From Rhizaria sp. SCN 62-66 (taxonomy: Eukaryota), in NCBI GenBank assembly GCA_001724265.1, contig MEDY01000027.1:1-64000 (forward strand): a stretch of DNA of 64,000 bases, in the 5' to 3' direction. The first letter of the stretch is position 1; each line of letters opens with the position of its first letter. Shown here piece after piece: positions 32,301 through 43,394 of this stretch. The notes under the pieces are model-generated. The model was not told the origin of the DNA and searched no databases. It saw nothing but the letters and a program-made list of their open reading frames with translations. The position numbers were made by a program, and so were the translations under genes.

Positions 32301-35300
32301 CAGCCGAGGATGCGGAGGAGGTCGGCGCCGCCAACGCCGCCGCGGCTGCTGCCGCTGCGGCAGTTCACAAGGCAGCGCGCGCCGATCACACCAGCGCGGC
32401 AGCCGCTGTCTCTGCGTCTGCCCCTGCCCCTGCTGCTCCTGCAGCTGCGTCAACGCCGGCGACGCCTGCGCTCGTGACGAACAGCGCGGGGGCAGCGCGG
32501 CCGCCGACACCCCAAGCCACGCCGATGCCCACGCAGGTTGCCGCCGAGGCCGCCGCCGCCGTGGTGGCCGCGGCGGCCGCGGCGATGGCCTCCGCCTCGG
32601 GCACCACCTCGGCGGCTGCTGCGGCCGCGGGGCCCAACGCAGTGAGCTCGGTGGTCGCGGCAGCGCGGGCCGCGGCGGACCCCGGCGCGCGCGAGGTGGC
32701 GGCGCTGATGGCCGTGCCGGCAGGGTATGCGTACGACGACGTGGACCTGGACGTCGACACCGGCGACGACGCGGAGAACGCGCGCCGCCGCGCCGCGCGC
32801 AAGTCCCGCGTCAACGCTGCGGGCGAGGTTGTCCCGCGCCCTTCGGACGAGCAGTCCAGTAGCGGCGCGGCCGGCAAGCGTAACGGCGACCGCGGCCGCG
32901 ACCGAGACCGCGATCATGACCGTGACCGTGAGCAGCCTCGCGACCGCAGGCTCTCTGAGGGCGGTGCGGACGACGCCGGCGACGGCGACGGCGGCGCGCG
33001 CAACGGCGGGGACCGCGAGGACGAGGACAGCCCCAGCAGCGTCGAGTCTGACAGCGCGTTCGAGCGCTACTTCGAGCACGAGGACGCGCTCGAGGCGCGC
33101 TGTCGCGAGCTCGACGGCCATGGTTGGCACCACGCCGCAGCACGCGCCGTGGACAACAAGAGCCGGTCCTCGCGCGGCAAGGGCAAGGGTGGCCAAAACA
33201 GCTCCAACAGCAGCGCCGGCAACAGCGCGGCCGCCAGCCCCGCACTCAACCCGCTCAACCCCAGCAGCGCGCAGCAGCGCAAGGTCTCTGGCAACTCGCC
33301 CGCCGTGTCGCCCACCAATGGCAAGAGCAACGGCGGCAACGGAGGTGGCCGTGCCTCACCCCGCCCCATCGCTAGCGTCAGCTCCGGCGCCGGCTCCGGC
33401 CCTGGCAGTCGCAAGGGCAGCGATGCCTCCCCGTTTGCGTCTGCGCCAGCGCCCGCTGCGGACGCGAGTGCCAGTGCCAGTGCCGCATCGTCGTCGTCGA
33501 AGTCTGCGCGCGCCGGCGGCGAAATGCGCGCCATCACGCCCGCTAACGCGGCCGTCTCGGTGCTCGTTACGGCGCCCTCGCCGCAGTCGCCGCGCAGCCC
33601 CAACACGCCGCAGAACGCCGCCGCGCCCAAGACCGCCCTCGCACAGGACGCTGGCTCTGGCCTTCAGTCCACCACTACGGTCACCTCGACGCTGTCGGCC
33701 GACTCGCCGCCCTTCCGGCCGGGCTCGGCGTCCGTGCCCGTCGCAGCCGAGCCCGCGCCCGCTGCGGCCGCTGCCTCTGCTCCTGCTGCGGCTGTGCCTG
33801 TGATCGCCTCTCCGGCGACGGCGACCGCGGGGACCGTGCCGGCGACGCCGCTGCCGGAACTGATCTCGCCGAGTAACCCGCGCGCAGCGCAGGTGCGCGT
33901 GCTGCAGCAGTGGCTGGAGCGCCACCTCGACCACGCCGCGGCCCTCGGCGCCGCCGCGGGCGCCGCCGCCGCCGACACGGCCGCGGCGCCGCCAGTGCGC
34001 GCGCGCGGCCCTACGTCCGGCCCCGGGTCGGCTTGGATGTCCGTGGCCGAGGAGGAGGACGAGGACGATGAAGACGATGACGACGGTCACAGCGAGGGCG
34101 AGGTCGGCGACCAAGCGCTCGACGCCGCGGGGCGCGCGCTGAGCACAGGCGACAGCGACGCCGCCAGCGACTCGCTGCCCTCGGTCATCGTCTTCGGACC
34201 CAGCGGAGAGCCCGTCGCGGTGGCCGGCGCGCGCGCCCGCGGCGGCCCCTCGCCCGTGCCCCCGGTGCGGCGCAAGAAGGGCTCGCGCAAGGCCCCGCCG
34301 ACGCACGACGTGGGCGCGCAGAGCGACGACGATGACGTGGGCGCCGCCGCGAGATACGGCGACGACGAAGACGACGAGGATGAGCGCCAGGAGACTGCGA
34401 GAACACCCAAGCCCGCGAAGACTGCCCCTGCGTCAGCCGCATCGCGAGCGACTCCTGCTCCTGCTTCTGCCCCAATTACTTCTGCTGCTGTTGCTCCTGA
34501 TGCCGACGACGATGACGATGGTGATGATGATGGGATTGATGAGTTCGGCCTCCCGCGGACCGGCGCTGGAGCTGGCGCAAACAATGCTGGCAAGGCAAAG
34601 AAAGTCGAAAAAGACGCTGAGTCCAAGTCTCAATCGAAGGCTAAGCCTGTTGAGGCCAAGGCGGCTGATTTAAAGCCGGCTGAAGTCAAGACCACGCTTG
34701 CTGCGGCGGCTAAGAAGCAAAGCAAGAAGAAGTCCGCCGATGACGATGACGATGACGGTGATGGTGATGACGACGACGGTTACGTTGCGGGCGCGAACGA
34801 AAGTGACGGCAACGACGATGTCGGCGTCGTGCACGGCGGCCAGTACGACAACGACTACGGCGCCCCCGCCGAGGCGCGCAAGCACCCCGGCAAGAGCAAG
34901 CCCGGCGACGGCGCGCCCGCCATCCCGGGAAACAGCAGCAATCATGTCAGCAACGGTTACGTCGACAGGAGCAAGACCCAACGCCTTGAGGCTGGTGGCA
35001 GTGATGAAAACGACGGCGGGCGCCGCAAGGGCCGGGCCAAGAGCAGTCGTCGCAAGGGCGGTGACGAGAGCGGCGGCCACGGCGGCGGCCACGGCTACAA
35101 CGGCGGCGGCGGCCACGGCTACGGCGGCGACAAGAGCGATGCGAGCATGGGCGCGAGCAAGGCGGGCGGCAGCCGCAGCGTGAGCCGCAACGGCGACCGC
35201 AAGCGCGGTGACAACAGCAAGGGCCGCAAGGCGGGGCTCGGCGGCGGGCACAGCCGCGCCGGCAGCGACGTCAGCGACGACGACGGGCACGGTCGCGGCC

Positions 35301-35461
35301 AGGTCGTCCGCGCCAACGGGATGCCCGTGGCGCTGGTGACGCGGCTGCCCGGCGAGTCGCGCAAGCAGCGGCGCGAGCGCGTCCGCGAGACCCGCCGCGC
35401 GCAAGCTGGCGCGGGCGGGCGCAACGGGGGCCGCAGCGCGGCGCAGTCAGACGACGACGAC

Positions 35462-35496
<35 letters not shown>

Positions 35497-35797
35497 CTAC
35501 GACGGTGATGCCGGCGGCGATGGCAACGACGATGACGGCGATACCAATGCTGGTACGAAGTCGAAGCAGAAGCAGCGCGGCTCCCGAGTCCAAGAGCGCG
35601 ACAGCGAACGTGAGGGCGAGAGCGACGAGGGCCCGCGCGAAAAGCGCGGCTCGCGGCGCGCTCATGGCGACGCGGTGGCCATAGGAGCTGACGTTGAGAG
35701 CATGCGCTCGCCGCCAGCCCCCCGCAAGCACAGCGCATTCGGCCTGCTCAGCGGGCTTAACAGCTCCGAGGATGAAAATGAAGACGAACACGAGTAA
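26324..35797 (+). CDS. Very large low-complexity protein with one endonuclease/exonuclease/phosphatase (EEP, DNase I-like) domain (~3073 aa; exons 26324-28522, 28644-29152, 29284-35797)
   Basis: EEP motifs VATFNVENL, DVLALMEVEN, NVAVLSR, ANHFRS, CGDLND, SQLDYML and, after intron GTACGC(28523)...GACAG(28643), ASDHCPI. A second intron GTACGT(29153)...TGCAG(29283) joins the 2,170-codon low-complexity exon in frame. Stop TAA. Confidence 0.85.
35450..35497 (+). repeat. Coding trinucleotide repeat (GAC)4(GAT)11GAC encoding poly-Asp16
   Basis: Read directly from the sequence; in frame in the last exon of the EEP gene. Confidence 0.95.
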
Positions 35798-36142
35798 TCA
35801 CATTTTGTGCAACACAGAACACGTTTTATTAAAAGAAAGGCATGACGGAAAGAATTGATACTGGCAAGACGGTGGAGGCGTATTACGGATTAATGACAGA
35901 ACAAATAATAGTTGCGCGCAACCAGCATAATGTATGTTGTACCATATTAACAGTTTTACAATAGAGTTAACCTGATTTTAGATTCAAATGTGGTGTACAT
36001 TTCAAGCTGTCAAGTATGTTGTCAAAGGAGAACCGTGAGTGAACCGTGAGTGAAAGGTGATGCTGGGTTGGATTGATTTACTATACAAAGTGGATGTATT
36101 CAAAAGATCACAAATCAAAGAAGATATTGATCAGAAGACAAC

Positions 36143-36899
36143 TTAGAAGGAGCGGAGCTTAGCAGCAGTGCCGAACTTCTTGAAGTCAAGCTCGGAAGCC
36201 TGGGAGAGCTCAGGGGTGGTGCCCTGAACATCGAGCTTCTTCTTGACGGCCTGGAAGGAGGAGCCCATGAGCATCTTGGTGCGGACGGGAACGCCGGAGT
36301 CGGGGCACCACTTGAAGAAGATGGGGTCAGAGAGCTCGCGAGCGGAGTCGTTGGCATCGGCGTAGACCATGTCGATGATGACGAGGCAAGCGTTCTTGGA
36401 GTACTTGCTGGTGATGGTCTCGACGAGGGGCTCCCAGAACTTGGAGACGAAGTTGCCGGCGTTGATGTCGTCAGCCTCGGTGTAGGCAGCAGACTCCTCA
36501 GCGACGTCAATGGACTCGCCCTTGACAACGAAGATGGCCCAGAAGGGAAGGCACTCGCTCTTGTTCACCTTCTTGTTGCGCTTGGCAATGTCGTGGAACT
36601 TCTTCTCAGCAGCCTCAGTAACGGGGAGGTTCTGTGTGTTTCAAGCCCGAGAAAACGACAGAAAGAAAAAACGGAAGTGGTAGAAGTGAGAACATGTCGT
36701 GAAGCAAGCCGTATGCAATGTAACACTTCTTAATCAATTTATAAAGCACCTACAAGAGGCCTACAATGAGGTGTGGCATGAGGGCACGAGGCAAAGCAGT
36801 TGGACGAGCCGTATCTGCTTCGATACACGTCACAAAGCCTCAAAATAGGACAGTTTTAAAATTGTACATGTAGTTCACACCGTAGACAAGACGTACCAT
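36143..36899 (-). CDS. Actin-depolymerising factor/cofilin-family protein (163 aa; exons 36899-36897, 36631-36143)
   Basis: ADF-H motif IFFKWCPDSGVPVRTKMLMGSSFQAVKKKLDV..ELSQASEL. ATG followed directly by GTACGT(36896); acceptor CACACAG(36632). Strong codon bias suggests high expression. Stop TAA. Confidence 0.88.
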
Positions 36900-37385
36900 T
36901 TCTTTTTACTTCGAACAGAAATGCTTCTGTGGTTCAAACAATGAAACAAAGCTTGTCTCGTGCTCAGCTTGCTTTGGCCCGGCTTGCCCTTACACAACCC
37001 TAAGTGCCGACTTTTCGCGAACTCGAGTCAGCGTGGCACGCGCATGAGACTGGACCAGACTAACTGCCCTGGAAAAAAATGGCTTTACAGATGATCTCAC
37101 GATTCAAATTTCGTCAATGTTGAAATTGAACAAAATCTAAAGAGAATATAGAGCAAGATATATCGGATGGGTGTATTATTATTGTCATGACATGGTGTTA
37201 TCAAGTCGCAATGACGGAATATTCGCGTGAGCGCGTGCGACTGAACTGGCCCGAAAAACGCATGCATACTATGGAAATACAGCTCAAAACAACGCTGCTG
37301 AACAGGAACTCGATACATACAGACAAACGGAAAATAATACGTAATGAGAACTGGTCGTATCAGTTACTGGCTCACTTCGTGTGCT

Positions 37386-40300
37386 TCAATTCTTCTTGAA
37401 GGGGTTCACTGCAGGACCAGCTGGACGGGCACGCTTGACAGGTGACGCTGTGGACGCAGCAGAAGTTGCTCCGTTGTCGCCAGTTGTGCGCTTGAGACGC
37501 GACGGCGACAAAGGTGCAGTACCACGTGCAGAGGACGTAGAAGTGCGCTTCTGTGCAGACTTGTTTGTACTGCTGTCATCGTCACCGAAGTAATTATTGA
37601 CGTCCTCCTCCGTAACGATGTGCGAGCGCGGCACAGCCTTGACTTGCTCCGCGAGAGCCGACAGCTTTGCCGGCTTCGCGCCAATAGGCACAGCGCCCGT
37701 GCCCAGGGCAACGCCGGAGCCCACAGCAGCGGCGCTCGCGCGGCCACTCGCTTCCTTCATCGCGGCCAGCAGGGCGTTGAGTTGAATGACAAGCTGCGGC
37801 GCCTTGCGAGTCATGTTCACCGCCTCCGTGGCGCGATCAAGCGCATCAATGTCACCAAACCAGCCCGCTAGGTCAAGCGCGCGCTCAGGGCGGCCCGCCT
37901 CAACGCTCGCGCGCAGAAGCCCCGTCAGCGTGGCGTCGTGCTTGCGCTGCGTCGCCTGGGACTCCTTGACAGCAGACGCAAATACGTCGTTGCCAGACAT
38001 CGCCATAATCTCTGCGGCCAGCAAGCGCGCGCGCGTAATTTCCTCCAACAAGCGCGCCTCGCGCGAGCTGCCCACAACCTCGGGGATCGACAGTGGCACC
38101 GACTGTGAGTACGGAGGCTCAATTGACGTCAGCTGAGGCGGGCGCCGCACGCTGTCGCTGATGTGGCACACAAGCCCACGCTGGGACACGGACACGGGCC
38201 AGTGGAAGCTCTTGTCGTTGGCCTTCTCGTTCAGCTTGTCAGCCGCAAAGAGCGGCGCCCAGATGAATCCGCGCGCCTGAGCCAGCATGCATAGCACGTC
38301 GGCCGAGTCGTGCGAGAAGAGCAGTCCTTCTTCCGAGAAACCCAACCACATGAGGCGCGCGCGCGGCGACAGCGGGAGCACGCCGTCGTAGGCCACGCGC
38401 GTGAGCAGCGCATCAATCGTGAACAGCTGCAGGCGCAGCGCCTGCTCGCCCGCGGGCGGCAGCGCGTGGCCGTGGTAGGCTACTGCGAGCTGCGTGTCGC
38501 TGGCCGCCAGCGTCACCACGGGGCCCGGGAGCCGGATCACGTCCTTGAGCAGGCCCGTGAGCGTAAACACACGCAGAAGCTGCGAAGACGTCGCCACCGC
38601 AATCCATGTCACGCCCGCGGCCACCGCCAGCGCCATCTCGCCCTCAGGTAACTCGACGTCCCAGTCGCTGCCGTCGCTCGCCGCGCTCGGCTTGAAACCG
38701 CGGAAGCTGACGCACGCCAGTCCGCTGCGCTTGCCCTCGCGATTGCGGCGCTTCGAGTCGCCCGCTGACGCCAGCGCCACACCCGCCTGCGTCAGCGCCG
38801 CGAGCGAGTAGCCGCGCATGTCGGCGAAGGTGCGCATCGGGCGGCGCTCCGCACCCATGGGCGCCAGAGTCGCGACGATGTTGGCCTCGCGCCCGCCCAG
38901 CGGCACGCGCCGGACCAGCCCCGCGGCGTTCCACTGCAGCAGCGCGTGCGCCACAGCGTCGCCGCGCGCGGGCGCCGGCGCGGAACCAGACTGGAAGGGT
39001 GCTTGGCGCTCGCCCACGAGGCCGCGCAGCAGCTTGTGCGCCAGGTCGTTGACTGCGTAGTCATCCGCGTACACGCCCTCGCCTTCGTCCTCACTGTCGC
39101 TCGCGTCCAGGCGGCGAGCATCACTCTTGCTCGCGCTGCTGCTACTGCTACTGGCAGACTTCTCCTCGTCCTCGCCGTGACCGGTATGCGCGGCGCCGTA
39201 TCCGTCATCGTCGTCGTCATCGTCGTCGGCCATCGCAGTGCGACGGCGCGGCTTGCCGCGGCCGATCTGGTCCTCGTCGTTGTCGTCCTCGTCGTGCGTG
39301 GCAAGCGAGTCCATGCGGCGCACCAACTTCGAAGCGGCCGCAGGGCCGGCAGCGGGCGAAGCGGCGGCGCGCGCGGGTGAGGCAGGCGCGCGCGCGGGGC
39401 TCGCAACGCGGGCGGGGCTAGCAGGTTGTGCGGAAGTCGCAATAAGCGCGGGCGACGCGGGCGCACTGGCAGCTGCGGCAGAGGTCGCAGAGCGCGCGGG
39501 GCTGCTTGGTGCCGCGGGGTCGGTCAACGAAGGCACGCGTGCAACGGACGCATTCGCAGTTGCAGCAGCGGCGGCAGCCGGCGTCACGGTAACGGTGACT
39601 GGGGCAGCCGCGGGGGCCGCAGGCGTCGCAGCAGCGCTGGCAGCCGCGGAGCCCTTAGGCGTGGCGGCGTCCTTGCGCTTGACGGCGGGAGACTTGGCGC
39701 CGCGCTTGGGCGGCTCCGGCACGGGCAGCGGCTTGGGCGCACCCAGCGGCGACGGCGCGGCCGCGGGCACGGGCTCGTCCACGCGCGCGACGCGGCCCGC
39801 GGCCGTGGCGATGTACAGCGCGTTTGCGCGCGGCGCCCACTGCAGCGCCGTGAACGCGGTGTCTGCGGCCTCAGCGGCGAACGTGGCGACAAGCGCGTCG
39901 TCAGTGGCGCCCTCGAGGGCGATCTTGACCGCAGCATGCATGTCCCACACGCAGATGCGGCCGTCGCCGCGGCCCGCGGTCGCAAGGTAGCGTCCGTTGG
40001 GCGACCACGCGGTGAGGTCAACGACGGCGCCCGCGGCGTGGCCGTGTGCGGTGGCGCTCTCGACGCCGTCGCGACGGTCCCACGTTCCGCGCGCCAGCAG
40101 CGCGACGGAGCCCGCGCCGGGGAGCGCGACGTGGCAGCCAGACGGGTGGAACGCAAACCGGCTCCACGCGCCGGGCTCGCCCGCGGCCTTGCCAAGCGCG
40201 TTGGGCTCGTTCTTGAGCTCGAGCGCAACGACCGTGGGCGGCGGCGGCGCCGAGCCCGCCTTGGGCTGCAGCAGCACGTCCCAGAAGCGCAGAGTGCCGC

Positions 40301-40784
40301 GCGCGTCGCCGGAGAGCATGAACGCGCCCTTTGGATCGAACTCAAGATGCTTAACGGCGGCCAAATGACCGTAGAGCCGACTCACCTTGATGGGGTCGGC
40401 CAGTGTGATCATGCGCAGGTCGGAGGCGTCGCCGGAGACGGCGACGCGCGCAGTTCTAGGGTTGAAGGCGGCCGCCAGAGCAGCCGTCGTGAAGCGGTGG
40501 ACCAGCGCGCTCATCTCGACGCCAGTAGCGGTTGCGCTATAAAGAAAAGCCTTGTGGTCGGCGCCCAGCGTGGCGAGCTGTCTGCCAGAAGGGTGCAGCG
40601 CGAGCGCAGTGATAGCACCCTCGTGCTGTTGCGCAGCAGAAGTCGACGAGTCGAGCGCGGCCGAGTACAGCTTGAGCTCGCCGTCAGCGCCCGCGGTGTA
40701 GATAGTCTCACCGTTCGGGTGCACGGCAAGGCTAACGGGGCCAGCCGCGTGGGCCTGAACGCCCTCAGGGATTGAGCGGGACAT
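37386..40784 (-). CDS. WDHD1: AND-1/Ctf4/Mcl1 replisome hub protein (1132 aa, single exon)
   Basis: N-terminal WD40 repeats (YTAGADG, VHRFT, FDPKG, WSPNGRYLAT). SepB/Mcl1-mid region QAPFQSGS..LLQWNAAG..DWDVELPEGE..WIAVATSSQLLRVFTLTG..LMWLGFSEEG..HWPV. Ends NPFKKN. Stop TGA. Confidence 0.92.
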   Translation of the reverse strand: MSRSIPEGVQAHAAGPVSLAVHPNGETIYTAGADGELKLYSAALDSSTSAAQQHEGAITALALHPSGRQLATLGADHKAFLYSATATGVEMSALVHRFTTAALAAAFNPRTARVAVSGDASDLRMITLADPIKVSRLYGHLAAVKHLEFDPKGAFMLSGDARGTLRFWDVLLQPKAGSAPPPPTVVALELKNEPNALGKAAGEPGAWSRFAFHPSGCHVALPGAGSVALLARGTWDRRDGVESATAHGHAAGAVVDLTAWSPNGRYLATAGRGDGRICVWDMHAAVKIALEGATDDALVATFAAEAADTAFTALQWAPRANALYIATAAGRVARVDEPVPAAAPSPLGAPKPLPVPEPPKRGAKSPAVKRKDAATPKGSAAASAAATPAAPAAAPVTVTVTPAAAAAATANASVARVPSLTDPAAPSSPARSATSAAAASAPASPALIATSAQPASPARVASPARAPASPARAAASPAAGPAAASKLVRRMDSLATHDEDDNDEDQIGRGKPRRRTAMADDDDDDDDGYGAAHTGHGEDEEKSASSSSSSASKSDARRLDASDSEDEGEGVYADDYAVNDLAHKLLRGLVGERQAPFQSGSAPAPARGDAVAHALLQWNAAGLVRRVPLGGREANIVATLAPMGAERRPMRTFADMRGYSLAALTQAGVALASAGDSKRRNREGKRSGLACVSFRGFKPSAASDGSDWDVELPEGEMALAVAAGVTWIAVATSSQLLRVFTLTGLLKDVIRLPGPVVTLAASDTQLAVAYHGHALPPAGEQALRLQLFTIDALLTRVAYDGVLPLSPRARLMWLGFSEEGLLFSHDSADVLCMLAQARGFIWAPLFAADKLNEKANDKSFHWPVSVSQRGLVCHISDSVRRPPQLTSIEPPYSQSVPLSIPEVVGSSREARLLEEITRARLLAAEIMAMSGNDVFASAVKESQATQRKHDATLTGLLRASVEAGRPERALDLAGWFGDIDALDRATEAVNMTRKAPQLVIQLNALLAAMKEASGRASAAAVGSGVALGTGAVPIGAKPAKLSALAEQVKAVPRSHIVTEEDVNNYFGDDDSSTNKSAQKRTSTSSARGTAPLSPSRLKRTTGDNGATSAASTASPVKRARPAGPAVNPFKKN

Positions 40785-41387
40785 GAGTTCGACTCGGAAG
40801 ACCTCGCTGAGGAAACCAACGTCGGACGAGTGAGATAAAGTGAGACATACAAAGGTCTATAGTTCATATTATTACAATACAATAAATTCATCTTGTATAC
40901 AGAAAAGAATATATCTTAGCGAAAACATTAAGATCGCTCTTGACAGATTTTTTATGGAGAGAATTAAGAAAACAATCTGGTGTCTTGGGAGGCGCGAAAG
41001 AGCTGGCTCGAGGGCAAAGTCAAGCCGCAGAAGCAACACTTTGTCAATCTTTGAAAGACTATACTGCATTATTCTGATCGTCAAAGTGGCTGCAAGCGCT
41101 TTACCTATGTTGATAGGAGGGGTTAGTCGATAATTCCTTGAACGCATGTCTAAATTTTTGATGTTTGCACGCGAATGCAAGTGTGTTTTGAAGAAGACAA
41201 ACCAGAAACGACTTGTGGTTTCGTCTATTTTCTCATGGTATACTGCATCACAATCGCAATATATGGCTAAGTTAAAAGATTATGATTGTCACATGATGTA
41301 TTTCTATAGACCACTTCATTTTTGTTGCTTAAAATCTTATTTATCCCTGGTTTTGGTTCCTATCTCCACCCGCCACAATCTGCAGAT

Positions 41388-42774
41388 ATGGCCTCGTTCA
41401 TCCAGGCTGCTGCGACTGCGCTGCAGCCTTACGCTCGTCCTCTCTTGATCGGTGGCGCTGCCATTGCGCTCGCCGCAAAGATTTTTCCTTTGACGAACCC
41501 GCGTCACAGCTGTGAGTCGTTCATTGATGCGAAAGAGCTCGCCACACCTCTGAACGACGAGATCTTCCCTCAGGTACGCTCTACTCACAAAAAATGTCCA
41601 CTCAAACGCAACTTATGAACACCATAACTCGAGAAAACGGTTCTGCTCAATCAATATATCCTTCGTCTATCATATTTTGTTGCAATCACTTTCCTTCTCA
41701 GTACATTCGCAACCCTGAGGGACTGTACCTGTACGTGCGCCGCTGGGAGGTGGCGGAGCCTGTGGCCGTGCTCTTCCTCGCGCACGGCTTTGCGGAGCAC
41801 TCGGGCCGCTACGAGCACGCGGCGCGCGTCTTCAACGCGGCGGGCATCAGCGTGTACACTGTGGACCACCAGGGCCACGGGCTTAGTGACGGCGACCGCG
41901 CGCACGTGCGTCTGTTCCGCAACCTCCCGCGCGACTTCGCTCTTTTCGTGGCGCACGAGCAGGCGCGCCTGGACCGCGCCGCCATTGACAAAGCTTCCGC
42001 AACCGCGCTTGCTGCTGGTGGTGCCACGCTGAGCGAGGCTGATGCCGCGGAGGCCGCCCGGCGCGCGCGCAAGCCGAGCTTCCTGCTGGGCCACTCGATG
42101 GGCGGGCTCATCGCCCTGCACGTCGCCGTGGCGCAGGCGCGCAGCGAGTCTGATCTGGTGTCTGTGTGGCCCTGGGCGGGACTCCTGCTCTCGGGGCCCG
42201 CGATTGCGCTGAGCCCCGACATGCAGAACCCCGTGGTGATCGCCGCGGGCCGCGTGCTGAGTCTCGTGCTGCCGAAGCTGCCCGTGCAGGCGCTCGACAC
42301 GTCCTCGCTCACGCGCCTCGCCGAGGTTTTGCGCCGCCACGACCGCGATCCCGCCGTTTACACGGGCGCCGCACGCGCCCGCTTTGGCATTGAGTTTCTC
42401 GAAGGCATCAAGAAGGCGCGGTATGTCACTGTTAGAATCTTGAATCATATCCGTGAATCATATCCGTTTGTTTTTCTCATCCATTCTTGTGCTATATTTC
42501 TCACAACTCACTTGTTCATCTCGCTCTGTCCTCTGTTCTTTTACTGTTTAGTGCCGGTGTGTCTTCGCTTACGCTGCCTGTCTTTGCGCAGCATGGCACG
42601 GCGGACAGGATCTGCATGCCCGAGGGCTCGGAGTTCGTGGTCGCGACCGTGTCCAGCAAGGACAAGACACTGTTCCGCGTCCAGGGCGCCATGCACGAGC
42701 TGCTGCACGAGAAGGACTGGCGCGACTCTGCCAACCGCTACGTTGACTGGATTGTGAAGCACACCACTGTTTGA
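41388..42774 (+). CDS. Monoacylglycerol lipase / lysophospholipase-like alpha/beta hydrolase (375 aa; exons 41388-41573, 41702-42420, 42552-42774)
   Basis: HGFAEHSGRY, DHQGHGLSDG, nucleophile GHSMGG, HGTAD, MHELLHE. Introns GTACGC...CTCAG and GTATGT...TTTAG keep the frame. Stop TGA. Confidence 0.93.
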
Positions 42775-43394
42775 GTGCCTGGTCAGAGACCGTTTCCGCT
42801 CTGATGCAACACCGCGATGAATCTTGAGTAACGTGATGCGATTGCAAAGGCCAATTCAAAAGGTCACAATCTGTGAATAACGATATGTGTAATTGGAGAA
42901 AACGCGAATATGTTTTATTCAGTGGGTTTTCTATCTTATGTCATACAAATATATTCTCTGCAACTTGTTATGACCGTGTGTCAGTGTAAATAATCATTTT
43001 ATTCGAGTGGCTGTGGTGCTTGAGCGCGGCAGAACGAGAGCAAATCGGTTTCCCACACTGCATCTTCTAAGGCAATGCTTGATCACTCTGAACGTCAACT
43101 GAGTCTGACGTTCAAATCATAGTACAGTTTATATGTGAACTAGCTTATGATTTGATAGCAACGGTTCAGGTCCTGTCTCTGCTTATTTTTCAATTGTTTA
43201 TGGATTCTCGGTCTGATCTTCTCTGAGTGCTTGTTCGAATCTGTGTGTTTACGAATACCGCCATATATAGATTGGCTAACGCAGCATATCTCAATTGTTT
43301 GCGTCGAAAAACTTCTTTTTCTTCATCCAGCTCCGCTAAACCTTTAGACAGCACTAATCCTATTGCGTATCAGCTTGGGTATTCGCCTTGCCCG

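Noticed and set aside
26324-35797. EEP domain as the endonuclease of a non-LTR retrotransposon
   Set aside because: No reverse transcriptase motifs follow, the gene has spliceosomal introns, and no poly(A) tail or target-site duplication is seen.
36030-36054. Direct repeat GAACCGTGAGT x2 downstream of ADF
   Set aside because: Two short adjacent copies without spacers; a simple local duplication, not CRISPR or a target-site duplication.
36996-37003. AACCCTAA telomere-like/telo-box motif upstream of ADF
   Set aside because: A single short occurrence, not distinguishable from chance.
21615-40784. Apparent DNA repair/replication cluster (Ku80, EEP nuclease, AND-1)
   Set aside because: The genes are interspersed with unrelated genes in mixed orientation, as expected by chance in a gene-dense eukaryotic genome.
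43233-43241. GTTCGAATC resembling a tRNA T-loop/B-box (possible suppressor tRNA)
   Set aside because: No acceptor, D or anticodon stems could be built around it. A similar partial match near 25774 also fails.
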